64,000 nt of DNA from positions 1 to 64,000 of the IMG/VR virus record IMGVR_UViG_3300048582_000136. One strand, written 5' to 3'. The translations under genes were made by a program, and so were the position numbers. Within the stretch, counting starts at the first letter, position 1. The number at the start of each line of letters is the position of its first letter. This document shows, piece by piece, positions 37,205 to 47,741 of this stretch. The stretch comes from a virus. Below the pieces are notes generated by a model that ran no database searches, had not been told where the DNA came from, and saw only the letters and a list, made by a program, of their open reading frames with translations.

Positions 37205-37729
37205 TTAGCCCCTTCCTCTTCCGCGAGACGCGGGCATGTTGAGTTGGTTTTCAGCCATGTATTGGTCAGCGTAACCAGCCTCACGACCCTCAGTCACAGC
37301 CCGAGCGTTGATCCGGTCACGGAGAGCCGTGTTGTAGGATTGGGTCTGGTTGGTTAGGTTCGTCCGATAGGCTTCTTTCGAGAAGGCCAGCTGATCCTTG
37401 GCGAGACCCAGGCTCTTCAGGCCGATGTAAAGCTGACCCAAACCCGAAAGACCTTCAGCGATCGTTCCGAAGTTGCTCAGCATATTACCGAAGCCACCAC
37501 CCGGTGTAGCTGTAGCACCAGCTGCCGGAGTTGCTCCGGGCGCCGTAGGAGGCATATAGCTGGAAGGAGCACCTGCCGACATTGGTGCACCGTAGGTCAT
37601 GCCAGGCCCAGGAGTCGGAGCAACGGGAGGAGCGACTACCCCATTCCCGAACTGCCCGATCTCCGAACCGATGTTATAGGCCGCAGCTCCTCCAGGAGCC
37701 ATCTGCCCAAAAGTCAGGTTTGGATACAT
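37205..37729 (-). CDS. small virion/ejection protein (N4 gp52-like)
   Basis: Gly/Pro-rich N-terminus; LAKDQLAFSK...SYNTAL.DR. Confidence 0.8.
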   Translation of the reverse strand: MYPNLTFGQMAPGGAAAYNIGSEIGQFGNGVVAPPVAPTPGPGMTYGAPMSAGAPSSYMPPTAPGATPAAGATATPGGGFGNMLSNFGTIAEGLSGLGQLYIGLKSLGLAKDQLAFSKEAYRTNLTNQTQSYNTALRDRINARAVTEGREAGYADQYMAENQLNMPASRGRGRG

Positions 37730-37738
37730 TTTCTACTC

Positions 37739-39910
37739 CTACGCAATCTTGTTCTCGAGCATCAGGTTGAGATCTGCGAAATCTTCGATCATCGCTATGC
37801 TCAGATCAATCAGATCCGAACCGGTCATCAGAGTTCGCTTGAGAAACGCATCACGAGATTCCGCGGGGTAGAACCGACTTTGCGCTTGTGTGAACATTAG
37901 CGGATCAATGGCTCCACCGCCAGCCCCAAGAAGCTCCAGAGCTTTTTTGTTCAGCTCCTCGAGATCGTCTTTGTATTTCTCTCCAGCCTCACCCAAAGCA
38001 ATCTGGATCTGGCCGATTTCCGCGTTGAGCCATTTAGACACTGTATCGACGGCAGTGTTCATAAGTGTCATCAGGTTGTCGATCCGCATCATCGATCCCC
38101 AGTCGATCGTGAAGCCCATACCTGCCGTGAAGTTGGCAAACGCCTGGAACGCCAGGAAGCTGAAAATCGCTGCCACAACAGCTCCCAACTCCTCCCCGAA
38201 GATGCCAGTCGAAAGGCCTTCAATCGACATCATCAGGCCGATCGCCCCCAGAGCATTCAACGTGGCTCCCAGGATGATTGCAGTCACTCCAGAGAGGCCG
38301 GCCGAGGTCCCCACGTTCAAGGCCGTTCCAAAGAGCCCTGAAGCGCCTGGGAAGATGAATGAGATCGCAATCGAGATCAGGATCGACAAGAGGATCTTGA
38401 AGATCCCCCGCTCGTACCACCGAACTTTCACCACCTTGTAGCAGTTGAAAACCACATGCCTGTTCGACAGAGCCAGCTGGTTGGCTTGGATCAGCGGCAG
38501 CTTTCTCAAGGTCGGGTAGTGCAATGGGACAATGAAACCTTCTTCGTCATCCCCACTCAGGGCATCAGACGTCGACAGATAAACTGCCTGTGCCCTGTAA
38601 ACGTAGTTCCTATGAACCATCCCATACAAGTCCAACACCTTGTAGGTGTTTGAATCTGTTTGCCAAAACAGCCTCGAATGCGGGATTTCATAGGGGTTTT
38701 TGAAATAGTTGAAGATGCTGGTATCGCCTGGGACAACTCCACTTTGAACGTTGATCGCCGGCCGATCCACGAACCAAAGGTCTCCCTTCTTCGCCCCGAC
38801 TTTTCCCACCCCACTGTAGAGCGTTTCGTCAATCGTGACCCAGTTGATCCGGATGTCATGATCGATGAAAGCGTTGTCCCCGGTGATCCTCAGTTCAGAG
38901 TTTGGAGGCTCGGCTCGAAACGTCAGGTCAAACGTAGTCCCCGTTTCGTGGGGCAACGAACCACCGCACCAGGTCTTGAACGACGCTGGGGAGTAGCTCT
39001 GGGTGTCTGCCAGGGTCTTGAAGAATTCGTAAAGGTAGCGAAGACCACACTTCTCTTGTGTGGTTATCTCAACCCCAAACATGACGCTAGCGAAGTCGAT
39101 GTCATCCACGTTGGGGTTATCTTCGATCTCCCCGAGTATGGTCGAAATCGACTCTCCCATCACCTTTTTGTAGGCTCGAGAGATCGTGTCGTAATCGTCT
39201 GCAAAATCTGCATGATCGATCGGTTTGTTGTTGATCCTCAATGGGATGAACGGAAAAAAGGTTTCCTCGTCTGTCCCCCCAACATAGAGGACATCCAAAA
39301 CCGAGTTTCCTGATCCAACCCGGTACAGGAAGATCCGCGGCATCCCATCTTCAGGGTCATCCCCGTCTGCCACCTTTCGGTAGTAGCAGACGATGTAGTT
39401 CGCGTTCCTCACATACCCCGTAGCCACTACCGTTTCGGTCGACAGATCCTCATAGGTGATTACCATCGAGTTCGTGCTCGAAACGTAATCCACCACCCAG
39501 GCCGTATTCAGGTCGGACGGGGTCGTCAGCATGATGTGCTGTTGTGCCCAGATCTCGATATCTGCAGACAGGACTTTGGCCTGGTCAATTACCAGGTAGA
39601 AGCCGGCTTCGGTGGGCAGGTAAGGTTCGACGACGCTTTCGTCGACATCCGCCTCCACTCCGAGGCGCCCTGCCACCTTGCCCTGATCGTAGTGGTTCTT
39701 GGTCCACCTGAACCAAGCACGTTGATCCATCGTGGGGCCATTGAGCTGGGTGTCGACAATCCGCTCACCAAGACCAATTTTTTTCTCGTTCAAAAGCACA
39801 TGCCGAGAAACGGTAGATTTCAGGACACTAACTCGGTCTGCTACAGGCCCTGCCATGTTGTAGGCGACCGAGGAGACGTAGACCACTTTCTTGTCACTGA
39901 AGAGGCTCAT
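37739..39910 (-). CDS. N4 gp53-like structural protein
   Basis: MSLFS.KKVVYVSS.AYNMAG; VKVRWYE.G.FK followed by hydrophobic segments; synteny. Confidence 0.8.
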   Translation of the reverse strand: MSLFSDKKVVYVSSVAYNMAGPVADRVSVLKSTVSRHVLLNEKKIGLGERIVDTQLNGPTMDQRAWFRWTKNHYDQGKVAGRLGVEADVDESVVEPYLPTEAGFYLVIDQAKVLSADIEIWAQQHIMLTTPSDLNTAWVVDYVSSTNSMVITYEDLSTETVVATGYVRNANYIVCYYRKVADGDDPEDGMPRIFLYRVGSGNSVLDVLYVGGTDEETFFPFIPLRINNKPIDHADFADDYDTISRAYKKVMGESISTILGEIEDNPNVDDIDFASVMFGVEITTQEKCGLRYLYEFFKTLADTQSYSPASFKTWCGGSLPHETGTTFDLTFRAEPPNSELRITGDNAFIDHDIRINWVTIDETLYSGVGKVGAKKGDLWFVDRPAINVQSGVVPGDTSIFNYFKNPYEIPHSRLFWQTDSNTYKVLDLYGMVHRNYVYRAQAVYLSTSDALSGDDEEGFIVPLHYPTLRKLPLIQANQLALSNRHVVFNCYKVVKVRWYERGIFKILLSILISIAISFIFPGASGLFGTALNVGTSAGLSGVTAIILGATLNALGAIGLMMSIEGLSTGIFGEELGAVVAAIFSFLAFQAFANFTAGMGFTIDWGSMMRIDNLMTLMNTAVDTVSKWLNAEIGQIQIALGEAGEKYKDDLEELNKKALELLGAGGGAIDPLMFTQAQSRFYPAESRDAFLKRTLMTGSDLIDLSIAMIEDFADLNLMLENKIA

Positions 39911-39948
39911 GGTGTTTGGGGAGCCATTGGCTCCCCTACTCTCCTGTA

Positions 39949-40788
39949 TTACGGCGCCAGAACGCCAAGGTCCGTGAGCACCTCGTTCACACCTTCCTGG
40001 ATCTTCGTGTTCGTGAAGACCGTAGGTGCCGTCAGACCCTCGTCGATCGTCTTCTGGGCAATCCAGCTGTCGCTCAGAAGCTTCACGCCTTTGTATTTGG
40101 CGTCCTTGATGTAGCTGTCGATCTGTTGCGTGATCAGGTCTTTTTGCTTTTTCACCATGCCGTTGACCGGTGTGGTTCCATCGCTCAAAGTATCCCTGGT
40201 CTGTGCCCGGACACCTTCCAGCTGCTCTTCGACCAGCGCCTTCTGGGCATAGGTGGTTTCGTATTTGGCGACCTCGTTGGCCACCTGCAGCTGGATCAGC
40301 ACATACTGCGCCTCCAGGATCTCCGCCTGAGACTGTGCAGCCACCAACTGGGCCTTGGCCGTCTCCAGAGCCAGACGAGCCGTGACAGCCTCAATCTCGG
40401 CTTTCCGTGCCTGGAGCTGAACCAAGACGGCTGACCACTTCGACTGGTCCTTCTGCAGCAAGAACTGCAGACCGGTCGACAAGGCCGCCGTCGTCATCTC
40501 GATGTAGGCCTTGGTGTATTGGTCACCCGAGATGCGGTTCTTCTGGAACTGCTCGGCAAGGTGTTCCTTGATCGAGGACATCACCTTGTCAAAAGTGCCG
40601 CTGCCCCCAACAGAGCCCGTGGTCAGCTCATCGATCGTCAATGCCGCAATGTTGTCGTAAAGCGGGTTGCCGGTCTCAGGCGGAATGTTGAACTCTTCGC
40701 CGCCCAGATCAACCGTGGGGATGGTGATATCCACCCCCAAGGTCGACATCATGTTCTGGGCGACTGTTTCTGCGGGCAGCGGCGGCAT
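39949..40788 (-). CDS. N4 gp54-like structural protein
   Basis: LTTG.VGGSGTFD..M, RISGDQY, W..QKTIDEG. Confidence 0.8.
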   Translation of the reverse strand: MPPLPAETVAQNMMSTLGVDITIPTVDLGGEEFNIPPETGNPLYDNIAALTIDELTTGSVGGSGTFDKVMSSIKEHLAEQFQKNRISGDQYTKAYIEMTTAALSTGLQFLLQKDQSKWSAVLVQLQARKAEIEAVTARLALETAKAQLVAAQSQAEILEAQYVLIQLQVANEVAKYETTYAQKALVEEQLEGVRAQTRDTLSDGTTPVNGMVKKQKDLITQQIDSYIKDAKYKGVKLLSDSWIAQKTIDEGLTAPTVFTNTKIQEGVNEVLTDLGVLAP

Positions 40789-40791
40789 GGG

Positions 40792-41394
40792 TTACACTCC
40801 CACTCGTTCGGCCGCGGCCTGCTTCAGAGCCAGCTCGGCGAGCTCTTCCGGCGTCAGCGGATCCAGAACCACGATGTTGTATTCCGGAGCCATACGGCGG
40901 ATGATTTCCACCTTGCCGTTCTTTTCTTTCGACCGGATATCCTGGTACTGGCGTTGGATCAGATCGTCATACAGCACCTTCGGGATGTGGTAGCCGTTGT
41001 CGGTCTCTTCGCCGAAGGGAATGAACTTCTGCACCTTGCCGATGTACTTGTTGGCGACGGTGATGATCTCGCCCTTGAGATCCCGTTTGTCAGGGTTCAG
41101 GTTGTAGATCTTGCACCGAACCAGAGCCATGCTTTCCTTGATCAGGTGCGTGCGAAGCTCCTGTTCTTTCTCGGCTTTGGTCTTCTCACGGATTGGCCCG
41201 ACAGAAGTTGGATCTTCGGTTTCCGTTTCGCTGACACCATTCAGCTTGTCATTGACCTTCTTGCGAAGGCTCTCGAGACCAATGTTGTTGCCATGGCTGA
41301 TGCCGAGCATCTTGGCTCGTTCTTTCAGCACAGCCAGCTCTTCAGTGGGGTTCGATTCCGTTTCGGTGTTCGGGTCTTGGATTTGCTCGCTCAT
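40792..41394 (-). CDS. N4 gp55-like protein
   Basis: LK.RA.MLGI.H.NNIG...LR.K; PLTPEEL..LA..Q. Confidence 0.8.
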   Translation of the reverse strand: MSEQIQDPNTETESNPTEELAVLKERAKMLGISHGNNIGLESLRKKVNDKLNGVSETETEDPTSVGPIREKTKAEKEQELRTHLIKESMALVRCKIYNLNPDKRDLKGEIITVANKYIGKVQKFIPFGEETDNGYHIPKVLYDDLIQRQYQDIRSKEKNGKVEIIRRMAPEYNIVVLDPLTPEELAELALKQAAAERVGV

Positions 41395-41435
41395 CGAGTT
41401 CCTGCTTCTTCTGCTCTAGGTTTCAAGGGTAGGTA

Positions 41436-41462
41436 GGAGGGGGGAATGTATCCCCCCCTCCC
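41436..41462 (-). terminator. hairpin/terminator downstream of the major capsid gene
   Basis: GGAGGGGGGA...TCCCCCCCTCC inverted repeat. Confidence 0.55.
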
Positions 41463-41476
41463 AGGTCGCATCAGGC

Positions 41477-42898
41477 TCACATACGAGCGACGGTGCGGAT
41501 CGTGGCCAGGCGTTCCGGGCGCATGATCAGGGTGCCGTAGTACCACTTGATCGAGCTGAAGCCCTTCTCGCCGAACGGATCGTCACGGTCAGCCGTGGCT
41601 TCACCAGGCATCTTGGTGATGATCTTGAACTTCGTGGTCTTGCCGTCGGTCTGGAAACCGATGGTGGTGAAGCTCTCGGCACCGACGACGAGCATCGGGA
41701 ACACCGAGTAGCGATCGTTTTCGGCGTAGTAGCCCGCGTTGGTTCCGACTTCGGCACCAGCACCGGCCCAGTGCAGCATCTCGGGAACCACGATGATGCG
41801 GAACTGGTCGACGGTCCCGATCTCGCCGTTCATGATCGTGGTGGCATCAGCATACTGGTGCACCGGAATGAACGCCGGGTTGTTGTGGTAGTCCTTCATG
41901 CGCTTGACGGTCGACTCGAGCTCCGAGCCGATGTACATCACGCGACCCGAGTTGATCGTCTTGGTGTCGATCATGCGGGAACCGGTGATGACCTTGGTCT
42001 GCTTCGGCGTCCGGTTGTCGTTCAGGATGGTGGCCAGACGGGCCAGGTCATCGTAGTCGACTTCCGAGATCGTGCCTTCACCGGTCACGGTAGCGTTCGA
42101 GGTGGCAGCGCCGGCATAGACCGTCACACCAGCACCCTGCAGCAGATCGATCTGCAGCACGGCTTCAGTCAGCTGGGTTGCACCCTGAACCATCTCGCGC
42201 GACAGGTGCTCGTAGAGCATTTCGTCCGTGTCGAAATCGAAGGATTCCTGGGTGAACTCGGTGAAGAGACCGAACTTCGCGATCGAGCCAGTGCGCTCGA
42301 CACGGGTGAAGCCAACACGGTTCACACGACCACCGTCTTCGGTCAGAAGCGGGAGACGCGAGGTGATCGTGCCGACGTCCTTGGACGAGCCGTAGAGGTT
42401 CGCGTGGCCAGGCTTCGCAACGGCACCGAGATTCAGAGCCAGAACGGCATCTTTCTCGACAGCCGAAGCGTAGCGGGCCGAAGTGCCACCCACCAGGGTG
42501 ATGGTCGCAAGACCCGCACCACCGGAGTTGTCAGCGCCGGCCGTGGCGACAAGCGTCGAACCCACGTTGGCGTTGATGGCGGTAACCGCAGTGGCTTTGG
42601 TGGCGTTGGCAATCGCCATCACAGTCCGCGGGAAGGAGACGAACCAGTTGGTCGCCAGGATCGTGGCGCCCGAAGCATCGAGGCCCTGGTCCGAGACGTT
42701 CCGGCTGTCGAGCAGCGGAATGTACTGGTACACCTTGATCGACTTGCCGTAGTGCTTGGGCATGGCAATCACGTCAGCAAGCTGCGTGAAGTACATGTCC
42801 TTCTTGGCGTCGATGATGGCCTTCTTCTGGTAGAAGAAGGTGTTAAACTGCGGACCGATGTCCGACGGGGTGCCCGGAGGCTTGTTGTAGTGCTGCAT
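41477..42898 (-). CDS. major capsid protein (N4 gp56-like)
   Basis: MPKHYGK.IK.Y.YIPLLD.RN..DQG.DASGA; NLYGSSKD.G; [11 protein letters not shown]; SIKWYYG...RPER. Confidence 0.95.
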   Translation of the reverse strand: MQHYNKPPGTPSDIGPQFNTFFYQKKAIIDAKKDMYFTQLADVIAMPKHYGKSIKVYQYIPLLDSRNVSDQGLDASGATILATNWFVSFPRTVMAIANATKATAVTAINANVGSTLVATAGADNSGGAGLATITLVGGTSARYASAVEKDAVLALNLGAVAKPGHANLYGSSKDVGTITSRLPLLTEDGGRVNRVGFTRVERTGSIAKFGLFTEFTQESFDFDTDEMLYEHLSREMVQGATQLTEAVLQIDLLQGAGVTVYAGAATSNATVTGEGTISEVDYDDLARLATILNDNRTPKQTKVITGSRMIDTKTINSGRVMYIGSELESTVKRMKDYHNNPAFIPVHQYADATTIMNGEIGTVDQFRIIVVPEMLHWAGAGAEVGTNAGYYAENDRYSVFPMLVVGAESFTTIGFQTDGKTTKFKIITKMPGEATADRDDPFGEKGFSSIKWYYGTLIMRPERLATIRTVARM

Positions 42899-42921
42899 GC
42901 TCTTTCCTCAGTCTTTTCTCT

Positions 42922-44115
42922 TTACAGCCTCTTCGCGAGGGCTGCGTTTTTCTCGAAATCCTCATCCGATAGGGAGAGGGGGTTGAAGTCCTGGACGGCG
43001 GCCTTCTTGGGCACCGTGCTGGTGGGGGAAGCAGCCTTGGCCTTGTCGTTGTTGCTCACCGTGGACTTCGGGATCGCCGGGCGGGTTTCCAGAACTCGGC
43101 TTGGCTGGTTCACAGCTGCCGGTTTCGGGGTAAGCAGGCCTTGGGCGTCCAACTCCTTGCCGACGGCAAGGTAAGCGTGAATGAACGGTTGTCCGACAGG
43201 GAGTGCACCAAGCATCTTCCGCCGATCAATCTCGTCCGAAACCTTTTGGTAGATTCCAGACTGCCTTTGCTCATGCATCAGCCGAAGGAGATTCGGATCG
43301 GTGTAGAGCGCCTTCTTGCTCTCGGCGTCCCAGGTCCGGTTGACGGCGACAACGGTATCCTGACCTGCTTGGTCGAGCATCAGCTCATCAAGCGTGGTCT
43401 GGAAAGCGATCTCGGCGTCAGAGACCTTGTGATTGCCCGGCGTGTAGCGCGGCTCGACTGAGGTATCGATCTCCAGGGGATCGACACCACTTTCCTTGAT
43501 GAACTTCTGGATCGCTGCAGGGTTCTTCTTATCCAGATCGATCAGATAAGTAAGCTTGCCCTCGTCCAGAAGGTTATTGTTCTCCAGCATCTTTAGCAGC
43601 TTGAGACTCGGCTGCAAAGCCTGAAGTTTCTTCGTATAGTTCGCACCCATTTGCATGAGGCGAACAACTTCATCGACCGACTGAACCTGGATGTCTTTCC
43701 CGTTCGCTTTGATCGGTCCCATCACCCGGTCGTAGAAGGCCTTCAGATCGACGTCGGTCTTTCCTTCGGACTTCTCTGTCTCGGGCTTGTCCTCGCTTTT
43801 GCCTGGCTCATCTGCCTTGACATCAGCTTCGGGTTTGTCTTCTCCGGCCGGGGCTGTCGTCGTGGTTCCTGCTCCCGCAGGAACCTCTCCTCCGGCGTCC
43901 CCGTCCGGGGCAACACCGTCATCAGCACCAGCGAGAACATCAGCCTCCGAACCAACAGGAGCATCGGCCGCTTCTCCCTCATTTTCCGGCTCGGTAGGCT
44001 TCTCTTCTGTATCAGGCTCTTCAGCCGCAGACTCCACTTGAGGAGCCACAGCAAAGCCCATCACCTCTTCATCAGAGAGATTGGCCAGCTGGTCTTCGGT
44101 GAGAGTGGTGCTCAT
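42922..44115 (-). CDS. N4 gp57-like protein (scaffold/tape-measure-like)
   Basis: Acidic N-terminus; KANGK...LMQMGANYTKK; NPLSLSDEDF. Confidence 0.85.
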   Translation of the reverse strand: MSTTLTEDQLANLSDEEVMGFAVAPQVESAAEEPDTEEKPTEPENEGEAADAPVGSEADVLAGADDGVAPDGDAGGEVPAGAGTTTTAPAGEDKPEADVKADEPGKSEDKPETEKSEGKTDVDLKAFYDRVMGPIKANGKDIQVQSVDEVVRLMQMGANYTKKLQALQPSLKLLKMLENNNLLDEGKLTYLIDLDKKNPAAIQKFIKESGVDPLEIDTSVEPRYTPGNHKVSDAEIAFQTTLDELMLDQAGQDTVVAVNRTWDAESKKALYTDPNLLRLMHEQRQSGIYQKVSDEIDRRKMLGALPVGQPFIHAYLAVGKELDAQGLLTPKPAAVNQPSRVLETRPAIPKSTVSNNDKAKAASPTSTVPKKAAVQDFNPLSLSDEDFEKNAALAKRL

Positions 44116-44459
44116 TCAAGCACCCCTGCTTCTTCACCACGGATCTCGTCGAGGGTTTCACGGGCTTCCTCGATTTCACGTTCTGCCAGGTCACCCATTT
44201 GAATGGCTGTGGACAGGTAGCGGCGGAAGGCGCCGATGCCCATCATATCGTTCCAGACGTGCTTGTGGTTTTCACCCAGGCTCGGGTGCGAGATCAGGTT
44301 GGCGAGACGGGCGGCTTCCTTCTCGAAATAGCCTTCAAGCACGAGGGCCTTGAAATCGGGGTTGTCGGCAAGCCGGCGAGCCATAGAGGCACGCTCGACC
44401 ATCTTCTGGGCTTCTTCGATGGAGAGTTCGATCTGCTCGATGTCGTTCTGCTGAGACAC
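44112..44459 (-). CDS. N4 gp58-like protein
   Basis: RL..NPDFK.LVLEGYF..EAARL. Confidence 0.8.
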   Translation of the reverse strand: MSQQNDIEQIELSIEEAQKMVERASMARRLADNPDFKALVLEGYFEKEAARLANLISHPSLGENHKHVWNDMMGIGAFRRYLSTAIQMGDLAEREIEEARETLDEIRGEEAGVLE

Positions 44460-44522
44460 GATGTTTCCTCAGTTCTTTTCTGGTGTGTCTGGCCAAATCT
44501 GGCTTCGATAGGTTTCTCGGAT

Positions 44523-46667
44523 TTACCTGTTGTTGGCGGCCGAGAGGGCGTTCCACCCGACAGCAGCCTCAACGCTGCCAGGTGCCTCACCTTCCTTTTT
44601 CGGCTTGGTGAGGGCCTTCGTGATTTCGAGATCCTGGTTGGCCTGAGCCTGACCAGCCACCCGGTCCATGTCCCGAGCGTGCTTGGTTCCCGTTTCCTGT
44701 TCGACGTAGTCGAGGTCCTTGATATCTGCGTCCGAAGAGTGCTTCCTTGCAGCAGCCCGACGTTCTTCAGCTCGAGCCCGGATCTCGTCGATTTCAGCTT
44801 CAAGCTTAGCGAGCTCGAGCTTCTTGATGGCTTCCATGTGTGGATCCGGCTGGGGCTGGTAGTTCTCCAGCTTGTGTGCCAGCTCTGGCATGCGCTTCAG
44901 ATCCGCAATTTCAGCCAGGATCATTTGGCGCATGACGGGATCCATGTCGGGACCGATGGTCTGGAGCATAAAGCCCAGATCCTGAGCACGGGCTTCGTCA
45001 ACTTCTGCCGTAGCAATATCGACTTCGAGGTCAAAATTGCCTTTGAGGTCTTCCCGACGAATGGTGATGAATTTCGAGTTTGTCACTCGAATGACTTCTT
45101 CCTCGCTGAGGAAGACGGCGTTCATCGCCACGATCTTGGTGCCGATCTCCACTACGCCTTGAGCCAGGCGCTGTAGGATGTCCATTTCCCGCTTTGAGGC
45201 TGCGTCCAGCATGCCTCTGATGCCGGCCGCCACATCGCCGTAAGCATCCCCGGAGAGGCCACCAGTGAAGCTCTTTACCCCGGTCAGGGCTTCAGCTTCC
45301 TGGTTCTGCAGAGTCATCATCGTGACCGCGGAGTTCGGGATCTCCGGATACTGGTGCATGTAGATCGCCAGACGGGGATCCCCTGCACCAGGGTTGAACT
45401 CGTAGTCGAGGCCTCTCTCGAACCGACGCTTGTTCACCACATCAAGGAAGTTCTTGGCCACGCCTTGTTGTGAGTTAGCCGATCGAGCCAGAAGGTCGAT
45501 CATGCCTCGGGTGACGGCTCCCAGTATCGCCTGGTTGTCTTCCAGCACCTCGGCATCAGGTTCCCCGAGAAGAGAACGTTTCACCGGCAGGTATGGTACA
45601 ACGACGAAAGGAACCTTCTCGTCCGGGAAAGGGTTCTCCTCCATCCGGATCATCGTGTCACCGATCCAGGTGGCTACGATCGGTTTCAGGCTTTCGTTAC
45701 CCTCGACGTCGTAAAAGCCCCAGTATTCATAAGCGATGACTCGTTTGCGAAGATCATCGTTGAAGTTGAAATTGGACTCCGTCTGGGTCTTGTGATCCGG
45801 GGTTCCCAGGATGGTGTTGCCCGACCAGTTGACCGCATTGAGGTTCTTGTAGCGGCCGTCCTTCATCAAGTCAGCCTTCGAGGTTTCGAAGCTGATCACA
45901 ACGAACTTGGCCTTGGAAAGGTCACCTTCGCAGGACGGATCGACGTAGAAGTTGCTCGGATCTATGATCGAGACAGTCGGGTGGTTTGCCACCACCTCTT
46001 CCTCGTCGACTTCCTCTTCGCCGACCATATCGGCGATCACCGGCATCCCGGTTTCCAGGAAGTAGTCAACAGCTGCCCGCAGCTCTTCCGGCAGACTTAG
46101 GTATCCGTTCGGATCAGCCTCTTTCTGTTGAAGGGCCTGTTGCAGGACTTGCTCCTGCTCCGGCATATCCATGGTCCGATACTGAAACACCGGAACCATC
46201 TTCTTGATCATCCGGGTTACACGGTTCCAACCAACCCGCACAATCACCGAGCCTTCGTCGACAGCAGTGCGAACATACTGGTTGATGAAAGCGACCGAGT
46301 TCAGCTTGGTGCGGAACTGCCAGTTGAGGAGGATCTGGTTCTGCTCAGCACTGGCCGTGTCTTCAAAGGTCATCGGCGAAATCTTGAAGAGCTTCTTGCT
46401 CGACAGAAACGGGCTCGACAAAGCCGAATAGCGCCACTCTGCCTGGCGCCGGATCAGCTTCGGTTGAACGTTGGATCTGCCTTCGACTTTCTTCGGGCGA
46501 GCCTTGCCAGTCACATCCCGCAGGCTATTCCAATGAAGGACCTTCTGGACATGGGAATCATGAGCCTGTTTGGACCCTTCAAAGTCCTCCTTCAGCTTCA
46601 TAACCGAAGGCTCTTTTGCCCACTCTGTCAGTGGCTTTGCGCCAGGCAGTCCAACTTCAGTTGACAT
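44523..46667 (-). CDS. portal protein (N4 gp59-like)
   Basis: LTEW.KEPS; GRS.VQPKLIRRQAEWRYSALS.PFL; EYWG; 714 aa. Confidence 0.95.
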   Translation of the reverse strand: MSTEVGLPGAKPLTEWAKEPSVMKLKEDFEGSKQAHDSHVQKVLHWNSLRDVTGKARPKKVEGRSNVQPKLIRRQAEWRYSALSSPFLSSKKLFKISPMTFEDTASAEQNQILLNWQFRTKLNSVAFINQYVRTAVDEGSVIVRVGWNRVTRMIKKMVPVFQYRTMDMPEQEQVLQQALQQKEADPNGYLSLPEELRAAVDYFLETGMPVIADMVGEEEVDEEEVVANHPTVSIIDPSNFYVDPSCEGDLSKAKFVVISFETSKADLMKDGRYKNLNAVNWSGNTILGTPDHKTQTESNFNFNDDLRKRVIAYEYWGFYDVEGNESLKPIVATWIGDTMIRMEENPFPDEKVPFVVVPYLPVKRSLLGEPDAEVLEDNQAILGAVTRGMIDLLARSANSQQGVAKNFLDVVNKRRFERGLDYEFNPGAGDPRLAIYMHQYPEIPNSAVTMMTLQNQEAEALTGVKSFTGGLSGDAYGDVAAGIRGMLDAASKREMDILQRLAQGVVEIGTKIVAMNAVFLSEEEVIRVTNSKFITIRREDLKGNFDLEVDIATAEVDEARAQDLGFMLQTIGPDMDPVMRQMILAEIADLKRMPELAHKLENYQPQPDPHMEAIKKLELAKLEAEIDEIRARAEERRAAARKHSSDADIKDLDYVEQETGTKHARDMDRVAGQAQANQDLEITKALTKPKKEGEAPGSVEAAVGWNALSAANNR

Positions 46668-46920
46668 TCAGACCCTCGTCTTTGCACCGCTGGACCGCCA
46701 TGCAGATCGTGGTCAGCTTGTTGTTGGCTCGGCGCAGGGCGAAAGTGTTCGAGACATGAGCTTCAGCCAGTTGTCCCACTGTCTTCAGGGAACCAGTGGC
46801 TTCAGGCTCGGGCTCGAACACCTCGTCAGGTAGGGCTTCAAGGGGCCGGAGATCCTGCCCGCAAGCGCTCAAGGCTACGAACGACATCAGCAGAAAGCAG
46901 ATCCGAATAGCCCTGAGCAT
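46657..46920 (-). CDS. o-spanin (outer-membrane lipoprotein)
   Basis: Lipobox LSAC; overlaps 3' end of the i-spanin; start approximate. Confidence 0.7.
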   Translation of the reverse strand: MLRAIRICFLLMSFVALSACGQDLRPLEALPDEVFEPEPEATGSLKTVGQLAEAHVSNTFALRRANNKLTTICMAVQRCKDEGLNVN

Positions 46921-47140
46921 CCCGAAGATCGTTCCTGATATCATCCTGATCCTTATCTAGGATCGCATTAGCCTTTCTCAGTTGTTCCGTCAATGCCATT
47001 GCGGCGCGGATGTTCTTGATATCTTCCGTCAGACTCTTGTTCTGATCAGCCAGATCTTGAGCACGGATCGTAATCAATCCAGCATAGCCAACCAGAACCA
47101 GAACCAACCCCAGCGGTAGGAGCCTGAAAAACTGCATCAT
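46838..47140 (-). CDS. i-spanin
   Basis: N-terminal TM helix plus coiled coil, downstream of the endolysin. Confidence 0.7.
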   Translation of the reverse strand: MMQFFRLLPLGLVLVLVGYAGLITIRAQDLADQNKSLTEDIKNIRAAMALTEQLRKANAILDKDQDDIRNDLRDAQGYSDLLSADVVRSLERLRAGSPAP

Positions 47141-47592
47141 AGCCAGTCCCTATCCTCCACCTTGAACCCTGGGCAAAGCTTGTTGGCGTAGTCGTTGTGG
47201 CCGGTGACCCACTTGATCCCCGGCAAACTAGCAATGAGCTTTTTCACTCCTTGACGCTGCGCGGCCGTGTAGAAATCTTCGAACCGGCCCATCTTCGTGA
47301 TCGTCTTCACATTGATCATACAGATCCCGATCGTACCTCGGTTCCGTTCGACGCAATGAGCTCCAATCTGGTTGAAGGTCCTGCCCTGGATCCAGCTCCC
47401 ATCGGGGTGCACTAGGACATGGTAGCCGATCATCTTGAAGCCTCGATCCCGGCGATGCCAGAGATCAATCTCCGATCTCATTTCCTTCAAGGTCTTTCCC
47501 TTCCACCAATCTCCTGGTGTGGCGGGGGTATGAAGGATCACCTCATTCACGAGGTAGCCGGCATTCCCTTGTCGGATCTGTTCCATTTTCAT
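47137..47592 (-). CDS. endolysin, N-acetylmuramoyl-L-alanine amidase (T7 lysozyme/Amidase_2)
   Basis: ILHTPAT, IGYH, GR...IGAHC, IGIC, GHND...KLCPGF. Confidence 0.92.
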   Translation of the reverse strand: MKMEQIRQGNAGYLVNEVILHTPATPGDWWKGKTLKEMRSEIDLWHRRDRGFKMIGYHVLVHPDGSWIQGRTFNQIGAHCVERNRGTIGICMINVKTITKMGRFEDFYTAAQRQGVKKLIASLPGIKWVTGHNDYANKLCPGFKVEDRDWL

Positions 47593-47741
47593 AGCCCGGA
47601 AACCCCTGTGATGTGGGAAGTGTGATCAGACCCATCTGATTGGCTCTGATCCGTGTGCGTGAGAAATGCCAGAAGCAGGCTGATTATCAAGATCACCAAA
47701 TATCTCTTCGAGTACCGAAGGGAGTCTTTAAGATTTTCCAT
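47589..47741 (-). CDS. small single-TM protein in the lysis cassette
   Basis: MENLKDSLRYSKRYLVILIISLLLAFL...; GGAGG RBS; overlaps holin and endolysin. Confidence 0.55.
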   Translation of the reverse strand: MENLKDSLRYSKRYLVILIISLLLAFLTHTDQSQSDGSDHTSHITGVSGL

